From Paraspadella gotoi (lineage: Eukaryota > Animalia > Chaetognatha), in the NCBI GenBank assembly GCA_051294375.1, contig CM119270.1:1834091-1898090 (forward strand): a DNA stretch of 64,000 bases. The letters run 5' to 3'. A program made the translations under genes and the position numbers. Numbering within the stretch: the first letter of the stretch is position 1; each line of letters begins with the position of its first letter. Positions 13,789 to 27,105 of the stretch are shown here, one piece after another. The notes beneath the pieces were generated by a model. It was not told where the DNA came from. It was given only the letters and a program-made list of their open reading frames with translations, and searched no databases.

Positions 13789-16700
13789 GAAGAAGAAGAA
13801 AAAATAGGTTTTTACCGCTAACAACTATGTACGCGTCGCCAATTGTTTCATACTTCAATACTTTGTATTCAATCATCAACTTGTCATAATTCTGTAAAAG
13901 TTAATTAATCAATTCATGAGCTGGATCGAGATAAGACGACCTGGTCACTGATTAGAAAAATGAACGGTTTACAATAGAAAAATTGTTTTTTAGTCAACCA
14001 ATTTTTATCTGTTACATGTTAAGCTTTAGGCCTAAATCCGAATGTTTGATCCGAATGACCTGAAATATTTCGTTGAGCATTTGAACGACTTCCATTGGTA
14101 ACAGTGAAGACGCTAAGGGCGTAAAGTTAACAATATCACTGCAAAGCATGGTAACTGAAGTGTAAAGGCGAGGAACTGGGCATTCTCCTATAATCAAAAT
14201 ATTTGAAATCATATAGTTCCCAGTTTTATTTCCAAATGGTAAAAAAAAAAATTCATGAGACCTCTCGTTAACTGGAGAGCAATTTGTTCTGGAAGCATCT
14301 TAAACACAAGGTTTTGAACCTGTACCATGGATTAAAAACGTATCAGTTTTAGTGAAGATAAAATTTTCCTGGTGTTTGATATTGCAATTTCATATATGTA
14401 TTTCTAAGGGATTACAGAGATTTTATAAAATATCAAAAAATTATTGATACTATTTTTATATTTCATCTCAATTGACCCGGAGTTTTTCATCAAGGTATTC
14501 CTTTGTTCTTTCTTGAATTTGTAACTGCAAAACTGATGAGTGCTTGTCCAGCATTAACATGGTGCTTTTCTTTATATTTTCAGATCCTATTATTCATAAT
14601 AATGTAGTAAATTTAAGGATATTTATTTTTTGTGGCAAGTGTGACTTCAATTCTCGAGATCATTGAAGAGCCTACCCATTAAATTTATGACTTTCTGTTT
14701 GATTACTTTAGCCGACAACCGTGACTTTGAATTTTCATGCCAACAAAGAGATATCATTTCTATCATTAGCAACTGTCCACGAGGCTCTGAAGAAAGTTAA
14801 ATGTTTCCAAACTTTTTTTTATGTTTTCATATCATCTTCAGTGGCAGACAACAAAGAATGAAATTTATCATTACTAAAACATTTTATAGTTTCCTTAGAT
14901 GTTTTTATACTTAATTCTAAATTTGTTATTTCAAATTTAAAATATTAGTATGTTAATATCAGAGAAAATTAAAATTTTAATGAATTGTGCAACAAATTTT
15001 ATTTGTTAAGATACGGACATGTTTTGGCTTGTAATGTTCAAGCCTTCCTCAGCGTCGATTACAGTTTGAATGGCGAAATGCTTCTCGATGCCCCCTTGCC
15101 GTCTGACGGAGCAGCGAATCTCTCTCGCTCTCTCTCTGGCTGGATGACTCAGAGTCAGGATCGGGATCAACAAAAACGACTATAATTGTTTAGGGTTTCG
15201 GTTAGGGATAAGGTTAGATTAGGATTAGGGAAGTAGATTAGGGATAGAGATTAGGTTAGGGGTTGGGATTAAGGTTTGGGATTAGGGTTGTCTTTCCCTA
15301 CGCTATTTTTACAACAACAAAATTCTGGCTTGCTGGGTGACTCGTTGGTCAGGATCAAGATCGACAGAAACGACAATGATAATTTTAACGATGGAGAAAG
15401 CAGTTTCAACGGTGAGAGTGAACGACGAAAGAGTGATGCATAAAGCGACGATGGAAGCAGCAAAAGAGACAAGTTTTGTGCGTGTGTTTTACGCCACAAA
15501 GGGGCATCGATGGAAAAAAGTTCCAAAAGTTTTCTAACAAGGTGGTGAGACAAAATAGTGGTCAGATGTGAGGACATGATAAAGGTGAGGACAGATTGAG
15601 TGAGTTGTGAAAAAGAAGTGAATCTTGTTAGAAAGAGAGACAAAAATTTTTCAATTATTTCAAACTGTAATAGACGCTGATGAAGGCTTGAAACATTACA
15701 AGCCGAAACATGTCCGTATCTGAACAAATCAAATTCGTTGCACAATTCATTAAAACTTTGATTTTCTCTTAACTCATTAATAACGAACCCCGGTGTCGCC
15801 TAGCAGTTAAGAGGGACGAGGCGCTTAACCCGCCTGTAACATGGTGTTACAGCCTGATCCAAAGCTCAGGGACTGCTTATAATGAACGGTTCTCTCATTA
15901 ACATATAACAATTATCACTGTCTCTTCAATAGTAAAAACCTTCATCCTTTTGAAAAATCGGGCCTGAAAGGTTCTTCGACGGAAATTGGGGCTTCAACTA
16001 CCTTAAGGTAAAAAAATTTGCATAACTATGTAATTTAATAATTTAGCCTGAAACAAAATATATTTATTATCTCAAGAAGAAGGTATAGAAGATAGTATTT
16101 ATTTAACAGCAAAACTTTTGAGTGACACAAAACTGTTAGATAAATATATAAAGTAATTATATATATATTATATAATATATATATATATATATATATAATA
16201 ATAGTATATTATATATATATATTATATATATATATAATATATAAGTATATATATATATATAGATATTGGTATATTGGTTGTACCAATTTCATATATATAA
16301 AGATATATTTCATAAGGAATTAAAAACAAAATTTGGTTATCGATATATCATTTTTTTCACTAAAACAGGTGTTTATATAAAGTATGTTGAGTGTATTGAA
16401 TCTTACTTTTTTAATAATTTCTTGATTGGACCAATTGATATGAGTGGAAAAAGGGCCTTTTTGCTCCATTATTTCGTGAAAAATGATACCAAGACTGTAG
16501 ATGTCTCCCTCAAAAGTTCCAAAAGTTGTGCTTTATCCTATATGTGAATTTTAAACAAAACGATTTACAAAAAAAACTATTTTGGGTTGAAGCAGACCAA
16601 AATGAGATGAAAGGTTCAGAGATGTGAGGTCACAAAAAATTTGTTTAACTTACCCAGTTTCCATTCTCGTAAAAGCTCTGGAGCAGTCCAAAGCAGCTTC

Positions 16701-19700
16701 TTCGCTATGTCTTCATTTAATGTAAGCTGAAAAAAAAATTGTCAGTAAAATTTGTACAACCGGTATAAAAATTATGCATTTATTAAATAAATAGACTATT
16801 TGCCCCTGACTTAGACAGATTCCAAACTTATAATACCAAATAATGTTATATGCGTTATCATAATCATGTCACTTTCAACTCAAATCACAATTTAAAACTA
16901 ATTACATTACCGTTTTATTGAATAAAATTGAACTTTAAAACTTTATTTTTACTTTTTTTGGTGAAAACTTTTTTAGCAACCAGTTTTGAGCCACGCACTA
17001 CCACCATCAGTTTAAAGTATCATCATCTTTTTTGCATATATTTAACATTTAAATGTTTAAAGATATTATCGAATATTATTATTAGTAGAAAAAAAATAAA
17101 ATCGCCGACTGAATTCTTAAAAAATTTAAATCTCGCTAAGAAATCGTTTTGCTCCCTCTCACAGTGATCCCAAAAAAAAATTAAAACGGATAAAAGCCAC
17201 GTGAACATACGGGCATAATCCTATCAGTCTTTCCATAGTAATGCTACGAAGTCTTAGGTAAGATAACAGTTCCCAAAAATTATTCTTTTTCAAGTTATAA
17301 GCAAATCTCTATTTCGGGTGAGTCTTTGAGAGGTTTGTTTCACCCACATGGGTGGAAGAGAAAAATTATTTGACTTTGTTATGGTATCAGCACTTTGTCT
17401 AGTTTGTTAACAATAAAAAAATATTTTCATAATATGTGACTATTAAGGCAAAGTAAAATTTCTAAATTAATTTAATTAAAATTCTAAAGTAAGGAACGAA
17501 CAACATTATACTAATAAACATTTATGTATAAAAAAATTTATAATAAATTTTACAATTTACGCAGTAGGCCATATTTATACTGTATTAATCAAAAAATGTT
17601 AAAATTTAAAAAAAATTTTTCTAAGATTTTTTTGCAGATTTGGATTCGTCATGAAAAGTTGATAAAAAGAAATAACTCTTTTTGAAAAATTCCTCCATTA
17701 AGTGGGTCAAAAATTAGAAAAAGCTATATTTTTAAACTGAAAATTAACTTTTTATATATTAAATATAATTTTTTTAATTTTTAACCCACTTAATGAAATA
17801 ATTTTTAAAAATGATTTATATTTCTTTTATCAACTTTTGACGAAAAATTCAAATCTGCAATCAAAATAAGAAAAGCCTATTTTGAAATTTTGATTTTATA
17901 AGGATGTACTATATATAATATAGCTACTGCGAAATTAAAAAAAACATTAAAATTAATTTTTTTTAAAAAATAATGTTTCACTGATGGTATAATGTTCATA
18001 ATTGACTTTTAGAATTTATGCACGTAACTTTCACTAAAGCTCTAGTCACTATGTATGATATGTTTATAAATTAGGAAAAACAGTTTTTAAAGGTCAACAA
18101 CGATTTTATTATTAGCATTAAGTCGAAAAAGTTTCAACTCTTTATTAAGAGTCTTCTTCAGCGATCTTAACAATCAACAATTTTCTCTCTTTTAACATAG
18201 CTTTGAGAGTGAGAGAGAGAGAGAGAGAAAGAGAGAAAGAGAACAGAGTGAGAGAGAGAGAGAAAAGGAGGGAGATTCCAATACAAGAATTAGAAAGGAC
18301 AGTGGTCAGATTGAGGACAGGTGAAGGGACAGGGAAGAAGATAAAGATTGGTTGCAAACTTGAAAGGTTAACAAAATTGAGAGAGAGAAGAGAGAGAGAA
18401 GCAAACAGAGGCAGAAAAATATTAATTTAAGCATGTACAACAAATAATAAATGGAAACAACTAATACTAAACTAGTAAAACAAAAGAAATTAATAATCTT
18501 AGTTAACTATTAAGAATGAAATTGACAAGGGAAATAAGTTGTTAGGATGATAAGTTGAAGATGTTAGTGAAAGTAAGAATAAAAGAAAGACCTCAAAAAG
18601 AGCTGCCCCCCCCGCTGGCAATAAATTACGGATTGAGCGATGTGAATCGGGTCATTGGCTTGTCATAGACTGAAGTGCATGTTAGTACTTGGGTATGATT
18701 CCAAGGCCGTTCTAATATGCAAAGAGTTGAAACTTGTCGACTTATATTCTAATAATAAAAATCGTTGTTGACCTTTAAAACTTTTTTCCTGATATAAAAA
18801 ACTAGTAAACCTTATAGAATTTCAAGCCGATGTCCAATCAACAAATTTAGTTTCCTAATGATACATCTTCATCACTAATCATGTCATCAATTTAATCTCA
18901 ATCCGCAATTCGTCCGCCATTTGAGAAATGCCTAATTGCTTTTCATATCAAAAAATACACAAAAGATAATTTGAATATGCTTCAAAATTACCATATGATT
19001 CTTTTCTTTCGATTGATTTTCGCGATTTTACATTTTAAAAAGATATAGATTTAGCAAAACATACACCTATTACTTATAATATAAAATATAAAAAAATATT
19101 AAGTTAGGTAAATTTCTTTTTAATATTAAAATATAAATACCAAAGTCGGTTCAACTATCATAAATAATTTCTTTAAGAACCAAATTAACGGTAAATAATA
19201 TTTTTCATATTTTTTCAAATCAATCTTTAACATTTGAAACTTTTCAACACACCTCCAAGAGGGTTCTATGATAATCAGCATACGAAAAAAGTTGTTTTTG
19301 CCAAAAAAAAAAGGTTTATCCGAAAATTTTAGTCCATTGGATCACTGTGCCTCTGTTCGATGAACGCCACCGGTCTCAAAACTTACCTTATTTTGGAAGT
19401 ATTTTTAGAATATTTTACTTTAAAATATATAACGAATATTCTCTCTCTCTCGAACCGTATAAAAATGAATACCACATTGTACAATTAGCCTATTTCGATT
19501 CCTATTTCGCTTTTTATACGAGGATTTTAAGAAATTGATTCATTTTAATTTGTTCGCCATTGTTATCTCGACCCCATCCACTCCAATACTTTTTAAGTCT
19601 ATATCCTTAAAAAAAACATCAAATTACTAATATGTATTGTTTGTTTTAGTTCTTCCGTTTGAATATATTACATTTCTTTTCCACCATTAGGTTTTGAAAC

Positions 19701-22700
19701 CTGATTTAATTTTCATGATATAATTTAAAAGCTTTGTGATTTTTTTGGAATTAAAGATCGAAGAACAAAGCCTCATGGATATAAAAAATGATAAAAGTTC
19801 GGGCTGCGCATGCGTTCGAATCGTAGTTCGCGATCAGATTCTTTATTTCAACTTCTATTCAAACTGCATAGTCAAGGCCCATATAAAAATTATATCAATA
19901 TGGGTAGAATTCCGAAAGCCTTGGCGTCTGTGTGGGGAAGCCAACGGAGGTAGAGCGCCGATCGAAATNNNNNNNNNNNNNNNNNNNNNNNNNGCAAAAG
20001 AGACAAGTTTTGTTCGTGTGTTTTAGTCGCGATGCTTCAGGAGCCACAAGGGGGCATCNNNNNNNNNNAAGAGACAAGTTTTGTGCGTGTGTTTTACGCC
20101 ACAAGGGGGCATCGATGGAAAAAAGTTCCAAAAGTTTNNNNNNNNNNNNNNNNNNNNNNNNNNNNNNNNNNNNNNNNNNNNNNNNNNNNNNNNNNNNNNN
20201 NNNNNNNNNNNNNNNNNNNNNNNNNNNNNNNNNNNNNNNNNNNNNNNNNNNNNNNNNNNNNNNNNNNNNNNNNNNNNNNNNNNNNNNNNNNNNNNNNNNN
20301 NNNNNNNNNNNNNNNNNNNNNNNNNNNNNNNNNNNNNNNNNNNNNNNNNNNNNNNNAGGTGAGGACAGATTGAGTGAGTTGTGAAAAAGAAGTGAATCTT
20401 GTTAGAAAGAGAGACAAAAATTTTTCAATTATTTCAAACTGTAATAGACGCTGATGAAGGCTTGAACATTACAAGCCGAAACATGTCCGTATCTGAACAA
20501 ATCAAATTCGTTGCACAATTCATTAAAACTTTGATTTTCTCTTAACTCATTAATAACGAACCCCGGTGGTCGCCTAGCAGTTAAGAGGGACGAGGCGCTT
20601 AACCCGCCTGTAACATGGTGTTACAGCCTGATCCAAAGCTCAGGGACTGCTTATAATGAACGGTTCTCTCATTAACATATAACAATTATCACTGTCTCTT
20701 CAATAGTAAAAACCTTCATCCTCTTTTGAAAAATCGGGCCTGAAAGGTTCTTCGACGGAAATTGGGGCTTCAACTACCTTAAGGTAAAAAAATTTGCATA
20801 ACTACCCTTAGGTTTTGTAATTTAATAATTTAGCCTGAAAACAAAATATATTTATTATCTCAAGAAGAAGGTATAGAAGATAGTATTTATTTAACAGCAA
20901 AACTTTTGAGTGACACAAAACTGAGATAAATATATAAAGATATATATATATATATATAAAAGATATATATATATATAATATATATAATATATATATATAT
21001 AAGATATTGGTTATATTGGTTGTACCAATTTCATATATATAAAGATATATTTCATAAGGAATTAAAAACAAAATTTGGTTATCGATATATCATTTTTTCA
21101 CTAAAACAGGTGTTTATATAAAGTATGTTGAGTGTATTGAATCTTACTTTTTTAATAATTTCTTGATTGGACCAATTGATATGAGTGGAAAAAGGGCCTT
21201 TTTGCTCCATTATTTCGTGAAAAATGATACCAAGACTGTAGATGTCTCCCTCAAAAGTTCCAAAGTTGTGCTTTATCCTATATGTGACATTTAAACAAAA
21301 CGATTTACAAAAAAACATATTTTGGGTGCAGTCTTGATTTTTTTAAAGGTTGAAGCAGACCAAAATGAGATGAAAGGTTCAGAGATGTGAGGTCACAAAA
21401 AAATTTGTTTAACTTACCCAGTTTCCCATTCTCGTAAAAGCTCTGGAGATGTCCAAAGCAGCTTCTTCGCTATGTCTTCATTTAATGTAGGCTGCAAAAA
21501 AAATTGTCAGTAAAATTTGTACAACCGGTATAAAAATTATGCATTTATTAAATAAATAGACTATCTTGCCCCTGACTTTAGACAGATTCCAACTCATAAT
21601 ACCAAATAATGTTATATGGCTTATCATAATCATGTCACTTTCAACTCAAATCACAATTTAAACTAATTACATACCGTTTTATTGAATAATTTGAACTTTA
21701 AAACTTTATTTTACTTTTTTTTGTGAAAACTTTTTAGCAGCCAGTTTTTGAGCCACGCACTACCACCATCAGTTTAAAGTATCATCATCTTTTTTGCATA
21801 TATTTAACATTTAAATGTTTAAAGATATTATCGAATATTATTATTAGTAGGAAAAAAAATAAAATCGCCGACTGAATTCTCAAAAAATTTAAATTCTCGC
21901 TAAGAAATCGTTTTGCTCCCTCACAGTGATCCCAAAAAAAAATTAAAACCGGATAAAAGCCACGTGAACATACGGGCATAAATACCTATTCAGTCTTTCC
22001 ATAGTAATGCTACGAAGTCTTAGGTAAGATAACAGTTTACAAAAATTATTCTTTTTCAAGTTATAAGCAAATCTCTATTTCGGGTGAGTCTTTGAGAGGT
22101 TTGTTTCACCCACATGGGTGGAAGAGAAAAATTATTTGACTTTGTTATGGTATCAGCACTTTGTCTAGTTTGTTAACAAATAAAAAAATATTTTCATAAT
22201 ATGTGACTATTAAGGCAAAGTAAAATTTCTAAATTTAACTTTAATTAAAATTCTAAAAGTTAAGTAACGAACAACATTATACTAATAAACATTTATGTAT
22301 AAAAAAAATTTATAATAAATTTTACAATTTACGCAGTAGGCCATATTTATACTAGTATTAATCCAATAAATGTTAAAATTTAAAAACAATTTTTTCTAAG
22401 ATTTTTTGCAGATTTGGATTCGTCATGAAAAGTTGATAAAAAGAAATAACTCTTTTGAAAAATTCCTTCATTAAGTGGGTCAAAAATTAGAAAAAGCTAT
22501 ATTTTAAACTGAAAATTAACTTTTTATATATTAAATATAGTTTTTTTAATTTTTAACCCACTTAATGAAATAATTTTTAAAAATGATTTATATTTCTTAT
22601 CAACTTTTGACGAAAAATTCAAATCTGCAATCAAAATTAAGAAAAGCCTTATTTTGAAATTTTTCGATTTTTATAAGGATAGTACTATATATAATAAGGC

Positions 22701-25700
22701 GGGCAAAATGAACACTTTTTATAATTTAATTCTCTCAAAAAAATTCTCTTTTTCCTTCTATTACAATTCGATTTTCAATGCAACTTTTTGAATTAGTTCA
22801 TTGGGTTTGTTTGCACTGAAGCTTTTAAATATTTATTAATAGTATAAACATATGACAAAAATTTTTTTTTTAAAAATTAGTTTTTAGAACGGATTCCTAT
22901 AGCGCTTTGAAAAGTTAAATGAAAGTTAGTACTACAATTTTAAAAATTTTTGACAAGAAAATGGTTAAAAACAGAAAAAACGTTAAAAAATCATCATCAT
23001 CATCATCATTGGCTGAATTTTATAGTTTTTTAAAATTTTTATCAATTAAACAAAAAAATTTTAAAAATTTGTATTAATAACCTTTATCTAACTTTAAAGC
23101 TCTATCAGAATCCATTAAAAAAAATTGAAAAATTCAAAAAAAAATTTTTAACTTTATATAGTAATAAAATAATCTTTTAAATGCTTCGTGCGCTTATTAA
23201 TAAGATAATTTTTTAAAATATTTTTATTTTCATATTCTCTAACAGTCACTTTATCATTATTTATTGAGAGAACTTTCTAGTTTTCAACCTGTTCCGGCCT
23301 AATATATATAAATATAGCTACTGCGAAAATTAAAAAAAAAACATAAAATAATTTAAAAAAAAAAATAATGTTCACTGATGGTATAATGTTCATAATTGAC
23401 TTTTAGAATTTATGCACGTAACTTTCACTAAGCTCTAGTCACTATGTATGATATGAAAAACATTATGATTCTTTCTTTTCGTTGTGTTTATAAATTAGGA
23501 AAAACAGTTTTTTTAAAGGTCAACAACGATTTTTATTATTAGATATAAGTCGAAAAAGTTTCAACTCTTTATTAAGAGTCTTCTTCAGCGATCTTTAACA
23601 ATCAACAATTTTCTCTCTTTAACATTAGCTTTGAGAGTGAGAGAGAGAGAGAGAGAAAGAGAGAAAGAGAGACAGAGTGAGAGAGAGAGAGAAGGAGGGA
23701 GATTCCAACAAAGAATTTAGAAAGGACAGTGGTCAGATGTGAGGACAGGTGAAGGGACAGGGAAGAAGATAAGATTGGTTGAAACTTGAAAGGTTAAAAA
23801 TTGAGAGAGAGAGAGAGAGAGAAGCAACAGAGGCAGAAAAAATAATTACATTTAGCAATGTACAACAGAATAATAAATGGAAACAACTTAATACTAAACT
23901 AGTAATAACAAAAGAAATTAATAATTTAGTTAACTATTAAGAATGAAATGTGAAAGGGAAAATAAGTTGTTAGGGATAGATAAGTGAAGATGTTAGTGAA
24001 AGTAAGATAAAGAAAAGACCTCAAAAAAGAGCTGCCCCCCCCCCGGCCTGGCAAATGTAGGATGTGAGCGATGTGATCGGGTCATTGGCTTGTCATAGAC
24101 TGGAAGTGCATTGTAGTAGGCTTGGGTATGATTCCCAAGGCCGTTCTAATATCCCTAAAGAGTTGAAACTTGTCCGACTTATATCTAATAATAAAAATCG
24201 TTGTTGACCTTTAAAAACTTTTTTTCCTGATATAAAAAACATAGTAAAACCTTATAGAATTTCAGCCGATGTCAATCAACCAAATTTAGTTCCTAATGAT
24301 ACATCTTCTCACTAATCAGTCATCAATTTAATCTCATCCGCATTCGTCCGCCATTTTGAGAAATCCTTAAATGCTTTTCATTCAAAAAATAACAAAAAAT
24401 AATTTGATATTCTTCAGAAATTACCATATGATTCTTTTCTTTGATTGATTTTCCGATTTTAATTTTAAAAAGATTAAAGATTTAGCAAACATACACCTAT
24501 TACTTATAATATAAATATAAAAAAATATTAAGTTAGGTAAATTTCTTTTTAATATTAAAATTATAAATAAAAAGTCGTTCAACTATCATAAATAATTTCT
24601 TTAAGAACCAAATTTATCGGTTAAATAATATTTTTTCCATATTTTTTCAAATCAATCTTAAACATTTGAAACTTTTCCAACAACCTCAGAGGGCTTCTAT
24701 GATAATCAGCATACGAGAAAAAGTTGTTTTTGCCAAAAAAAAAGGTTTATCCGAAAATTTAGTCCATTTGGATCACTGTGCCTCTGTTCGAACGCCGGTC
24801 TCAAAACTTTACCTTATTTGGAAGTGTTTTTAGAATATTTTACTTTACAAATATAAACCAAATTTTCTCTCTCTCGACGTATAAAAATGAATACCACATT
24901 GTACAATTAGCCTATTCGATTCCATTCGCTTTTCAAATTTTAAGAAATTGATTCATTTTATTTTGTTCGCCATTGTTATCTCGACCCCATCCACTCCAAT
25001 ACTTTTTAGTCTATATCTCTAAAATAAAAACATCAAATTACTAATAATGTATTGTTGTTTTTCTTCCGTTTGAATATATTACATTTCTTTTCCACATTAG
25101 GTTCTTGAAACCTGAATTTTAATTTCATGAATTAATATAAAAGCTTTTGTGATTTTTGGATTAAAGATCGAGACAAAAGCCTCATGGATATAAAAAAAAT
25201 GATAAAAGTATATGTCAAAAAGATAAACATTAAATTTGTCGCAAAGATTAGTTATTAAAACCGCAACAAGCTCTTATCTAACCAATTTATTTTTCACATT
25301 TAGCATTTATCTGGACAAATCATTTCTTTACAAAAGTTGTCCTTACATATTTAACTAAATTATCACATCAGTTAATCTATTTTTAAGTTTCCTAAATTAC
25401 TTTAAAATATTCTAATATGAGATATGTTACCTAATAATTACCATAAAATAAATAAATTTGGCTTAATGTTATTAAACAAACCAACACTTTCCCTTATTTT
25501 CTTACTTACTGATAAATAAAGTGGGACTCCTACTCATACTTTTTTTTTACTTTTGTCATATTGATGAAGAAGATTTTTTTAAAGTAAAATTTGAGAAGTC
25601 AAAGGCAAATATAGAAGACTCTCTTTAACCGAAGTTCTTACCCAAGTTCAAACATGGGATCATACCAGGTAGGCTGCAATTTTCTGGGCAAAAAATTTGA

Positions 25701-27049
25701 TAGTTTTACAACAAAATATTTGTCAACCTGGGAAAAAAAGAATTTAAACTAAACCATATCATTATATATAGCCTATGATAGCCAGATAGTTTACCAAACA
25801 ATTGGTACTTCTCATCTTTCCATGAACAAGTTTAGCGTCATGGTGAAGATAACTCATTGCTTTTGCCAGATCAAAACAGAGCGAGAGCTTGACCTATTTT
25901 AAAAAGAAGAAAAAAAGTAATATACGTTTATCACTATTACGTGTTCCTAAAAAAAGTTACAGTTTTAAAAAAATGTTTATCAACGTAGTATAATAAAATT
26001 GAGAAACCTTCCAGTTGTTACTGAGGTTTTTGTCGCTGTAGCAAAGTAGATCATGAAGACTTCCGCGATACGAAAAGTCGGTGAGAACTAATCCAGGATT
26101 ACAGTTGACGACGGCGCCGACAAAAGGGGTTATGATATTATCATCCAGGCGCTAAGTTTAAAAGTTCGGAAGTGTTATAGAGAATTTTCATTTCGGGCAA
26201 TTTTACATTAATGGAACCTAAATCAGAATCTTAAGAGGAAAGGTCATTTACCTTAACAACGCGTAATCTTTGATGTATTAGAGCTAATACATCGAAAAAT
26301 ACATCGTAATCACCAGTAATCACCAAACAAGTTTGGGCAAACAATGCCGATAATTAAGCGGTAATAAGCTAATCCGATGATAAATCATGGTAATATTTTC
26401 TGACTTTCTATTTGTTATCTTAACAGATCATAACAAATTTTAACATAACAAATCATAACAGACTTCTTAATATATCTTTGAAAAGATCTATAAATCAATT
26501 GATCTATCAAATTTTGCAAAATTTGGTCAACTTGCATAATTTGACTAACTTGCATAATTTAATCAAGTTGCATTATTTGGTCAACTGGCATAATTTGGTG
26601 AACTCGCATAATTTGGACATCTGGCATAATTTGGTCAACTGGCATAATTTGTCAACTGATATAATTTAGTCAACTGGCATAATTTGGTCAACTGGCATAA
26701 TTTGCTCAATTGGCATAATTTGCACAACTGGCATATTTTGCTTAACCGGCATAATTGGCTCAACTGGCATAATTTGCTCAAGTGGCATAATTTAATCAAG
26801 TTGCATTATTTGGTCAACTGGCATAATTTGGTCAACTGGCATAATTTGCTTAACTGGCATAATTTGCTCAACTGACATAATTTGGTCAACTGGCTTAATT
26901 TGCTTAACTGGCATAATTTGCTCAACTGGCATAATTTGGTCAACCAGCTTAATTTGGTCAACTGGCATAATTTGCTCAACAGGCATAATTTTGTCAACTT
27001 GCAGAATTTGGTCATTTAAATTATTTAGTCAACTGCCATAATTTTGTCT

Positions 27050-27105
<56 letters not shown>

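Larger units (their letters stand above)
14961..15769. mobile_element. Penelope-like non-autonomous element family 1: ~110 bp inverted arms (14961-15071 / 15657-15769) containing hammerhead motifs
   Basis: The arms are reverse complements of each other and each holds a CTGANGA..stem..(G/A)AAA-CATG-TC motif; the right arm is repeated at 20431-20541. Confidence 0.7.

Noticed and set aside
15189-15290. Interstitial telomere
   Set aside because: The TTAGGG units are degenerate and embedded in a dispersed repeat also found at about 41070 and 44570.
15940-16726. Cyclase gene as a frameshifted pseudogene
   Set aside because: Intact versions of the same exons exist at 20714-21491 and the single-copy exons are all open; the indels fit read error.
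26478-27015. Hexapeptide-repeat ORFs (LVNWHN, QIMPVD)
   Set aside because: 18-bp satellite, open in several frames and frameshifted in the duplicate copy.
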